From contig MU053881.1 in NCBI GenBank assembly GCA_013239625.1, positions 3,989,957 to 4,053,956 on the forward strand: a stretch of DNA of 64,000 nucleotides. Direction: 5' to 3'. Source of the DNA: Lama guanicoe. Taxonomy: Eukaryota. The notes beneath the pieces are model-generated. The model saw only the letters and a program-made list of their open reading frames with translations. It ran no database searches and was not told the DNA's origin. The translations under genes and the position numbers were made by a program. Position 1 is the first letter of the stretch; each line of letters starts with the position of its first letter. Positions 62,236 to 64,000 of the stretch are shown here, in pieces.

Positions 62236-62699
62236 TCCCCCCATAGTTGAGGAAACCAAAAGAGACAACTGCTCAAGGTCGTGCAGCTAGTAAACGGCAG
62301 AAGGACAAGATCGATCCCCAGCTCCCACAACACTCTGTTCTTTCCATAATCATGCATATTTTACTATGTTCAAATATCACAAAAAGTATGTAAAGCATCA
62401 ACAATCTAGAGGTGACTTCAACCAGCCTGAAGATGTGAGTTAGAAAAGAAAGGTTCAATTTTCAGTAGTGAACAAGTTCTCCTAGAAAACAGAGCTGGAG
62501 GCAAAGCTCTGTACTAACGTTCGGGGAGTGCGGTGGGGGTGAGACAGGAGGGGAGGGGGCAGGGCACGGCCATTAAAAGAATGACACAGCAATTAACACC
62601 AAGATGGGGAAGACGCAAGTGCCAGTAGACCTTGAGCTTCAACATACGCTCACTGAAATACAAGAGTGTGCTAGATGGTCCTCCCACAGGCCCCAGGAC

Positions 62700-63054
62700 A
62701 GTTTCAAGGCTGACAGTGAAAGGTCAAAAAGGGGGTGATGGCCCAGTTCCTGGGAACCCCAGCCCCTTCCCCAAAGTCGTTGGCATAATCCTCCCACTTG
62801 TTAGCATGTGAAGTTACCGAGCCCATAAAAGCTAACCACCCTGCACCTCCTGGACTTTCTCTGACCTTCTGAGACAGCCCCTACTCTGTCTGTGGGGTTT
62901 GCATCTTTCTGAATAAATCTACCTTCACTCTACTATAGCTCATTCTTGAATTCTTCCCTGCGTGAAGCCAACGACCCTCATTTGGCAGGGCACATCCCGG
63001 GGACTCATCCAAGACCTGGGACATAGCATCCTCTTGCCCATTTTTCCTGTATCA
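62700..63054 (+). mobile_element. ERV1-type LTR, 3' portion
   Basis: TATA-like cccataaaagc, polyA signal gaataaatctac, cttgaattcttccctgcgtgaagccaa, terminal ...tcctgtatca; 5' boundary unclear. Confidence 0.7.
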
Positions 63055-63568
63055 GGCAGGGGGCTGCAGTATCAAAGAGGTACCGTGAGGGGTAAATGGA
63101 AGGGGAACGGTGAAGGAGGGAGAGGCAAAGCCGGCTGGTTCACTTGGTTCACGACCACCCAGCAGCCCACGACTTGGCAGGAGAACAAGCCCATGGCTTG
63201 GTCACTTGGAGCATTCCAGAAAGGCAGTGTGGGACCACTGTGTCTCAGAAGCTTCCATCAGTGTTGCGAGAGAGACCCAGTTCAATGGCCCATCTCCAGC
63301 TCTCACTGGGCTCTAACTCTCCTCTTCTAGGTGGTACCACCTGGCCTTGGCAGCCTGCGTGAGTCTGGACCGCTAGCACCTGGGTGCTCCCCCCACAATG
63401 GGCACCATGGAGGGCGTGATGGAGGGAGGCAGAGACCATAAGCAGCTTAGAGGCTGAGCCATCGGCCAGTGGAAACAGTGCTAGATGTTGCTGGGGCCAT
63501 GCCACCTGAGACACAAGCCAAGTGCATCAGCCCAGAGGCAGTGGGGGCCCTCAATCGGGACGGCTTCA

Positions 63569-64000
63569 TGTGATGGTTAATGTGTCAGCTTCACTGCACT
63601 AAAGGATGCCCAGAGAGCTGGTGATGCATTATTTTTGGGTGTGTCTGGGAGAGTATTTCTGGAAGAGGTTAGCATTTAAACTGGAAGGCTGAGTAAAGAC
63701 TGCCCTTACCCGTTTGGGTGGGCATCACTGATCTCATAGAGGGGCTGAATAGACCAAAAGGGTGGAGGAAGGGCAAGTTTCTCTCTGCTTGGGCTGGGGA
63801 ATCCATCTCCTCCTGCCCTTGGCCATCAGTGCCCCCTGGTTCTCAGGCATTCGGACTCAGACCAGGACTTTTATACCATTGGTAACTCTGGTTCTCAGAC
63901 CTTCGGACTCGGACTGGAACTGCACCACGAGCGTTCCTGGCCTCCAGTTTGCAGGCAGCAGAACTTGGGTCTTCTTGGCCCCTGTAATCGCATGAGCTAA
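63569..64000 (+). mobile_element. MLT2 (ERVL) LTR running off the window end
   Basis: tgtgatggttaatgtgtcagctt...aaggatgcccagagagctggt...ttcggactcggactggaactgcaccac...gtaatcgcatgagc. Confidence 0.9.

Noticed and set aside
1..64000. CRISPR-like array, operon, intact retrovirus or other multi-gene system
   Set aside because: No regularly spaced repeats with unique spacers, no long recognisable ORFs, and the LTRs are solo or fragmentary with no gag/pol/env sequence seen.

Overview
This is mammalian nuclear DNA, very probably camelid (alpaca, llama or camel). The assignment rests on two tRNA-derived Vic-1-type SINEs and on artiodactyl-type L1 3' ends. I recognise no host protein-coding exon, rRNA, true tRNA or CRISPR array, so the window reads as intergenic or deep-intronic. 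It is dense in old eutherian repeats: MIR, L2, MLT1/MLT2 and LTR16 LTRs, ERV1-type solo LTRs, MER5/MER3/MER58/MER53 DNA transposons and L1M fragments, several of them nested with readable target-site duplications (TSDs). The only recognisable peptide is the L1 ORF2p C-terminus at about 41.9-42.1 kb. Structure not explained by transposons includes (i) a 1,314-bp head-to-tail tandem duplication (31,011-33,639) whose substitutions sit only at the unit ends, (ii) two orphan CpG islands and three CTCF-like motifs in divergent orientation (9.3-15.7 kb), (iii) an older ~85%-identical local duplication (16.4/17.9 kb), and (iv) several motif-rich, repeat-free blocks that look like enhancers. I found no convincing new multi-component biological system; the findings are genome-architecture and regulatory leads. 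Repeat subfamily names and most repeat boundaries were assigned by eye from remembered consensus sequences and are approximate.
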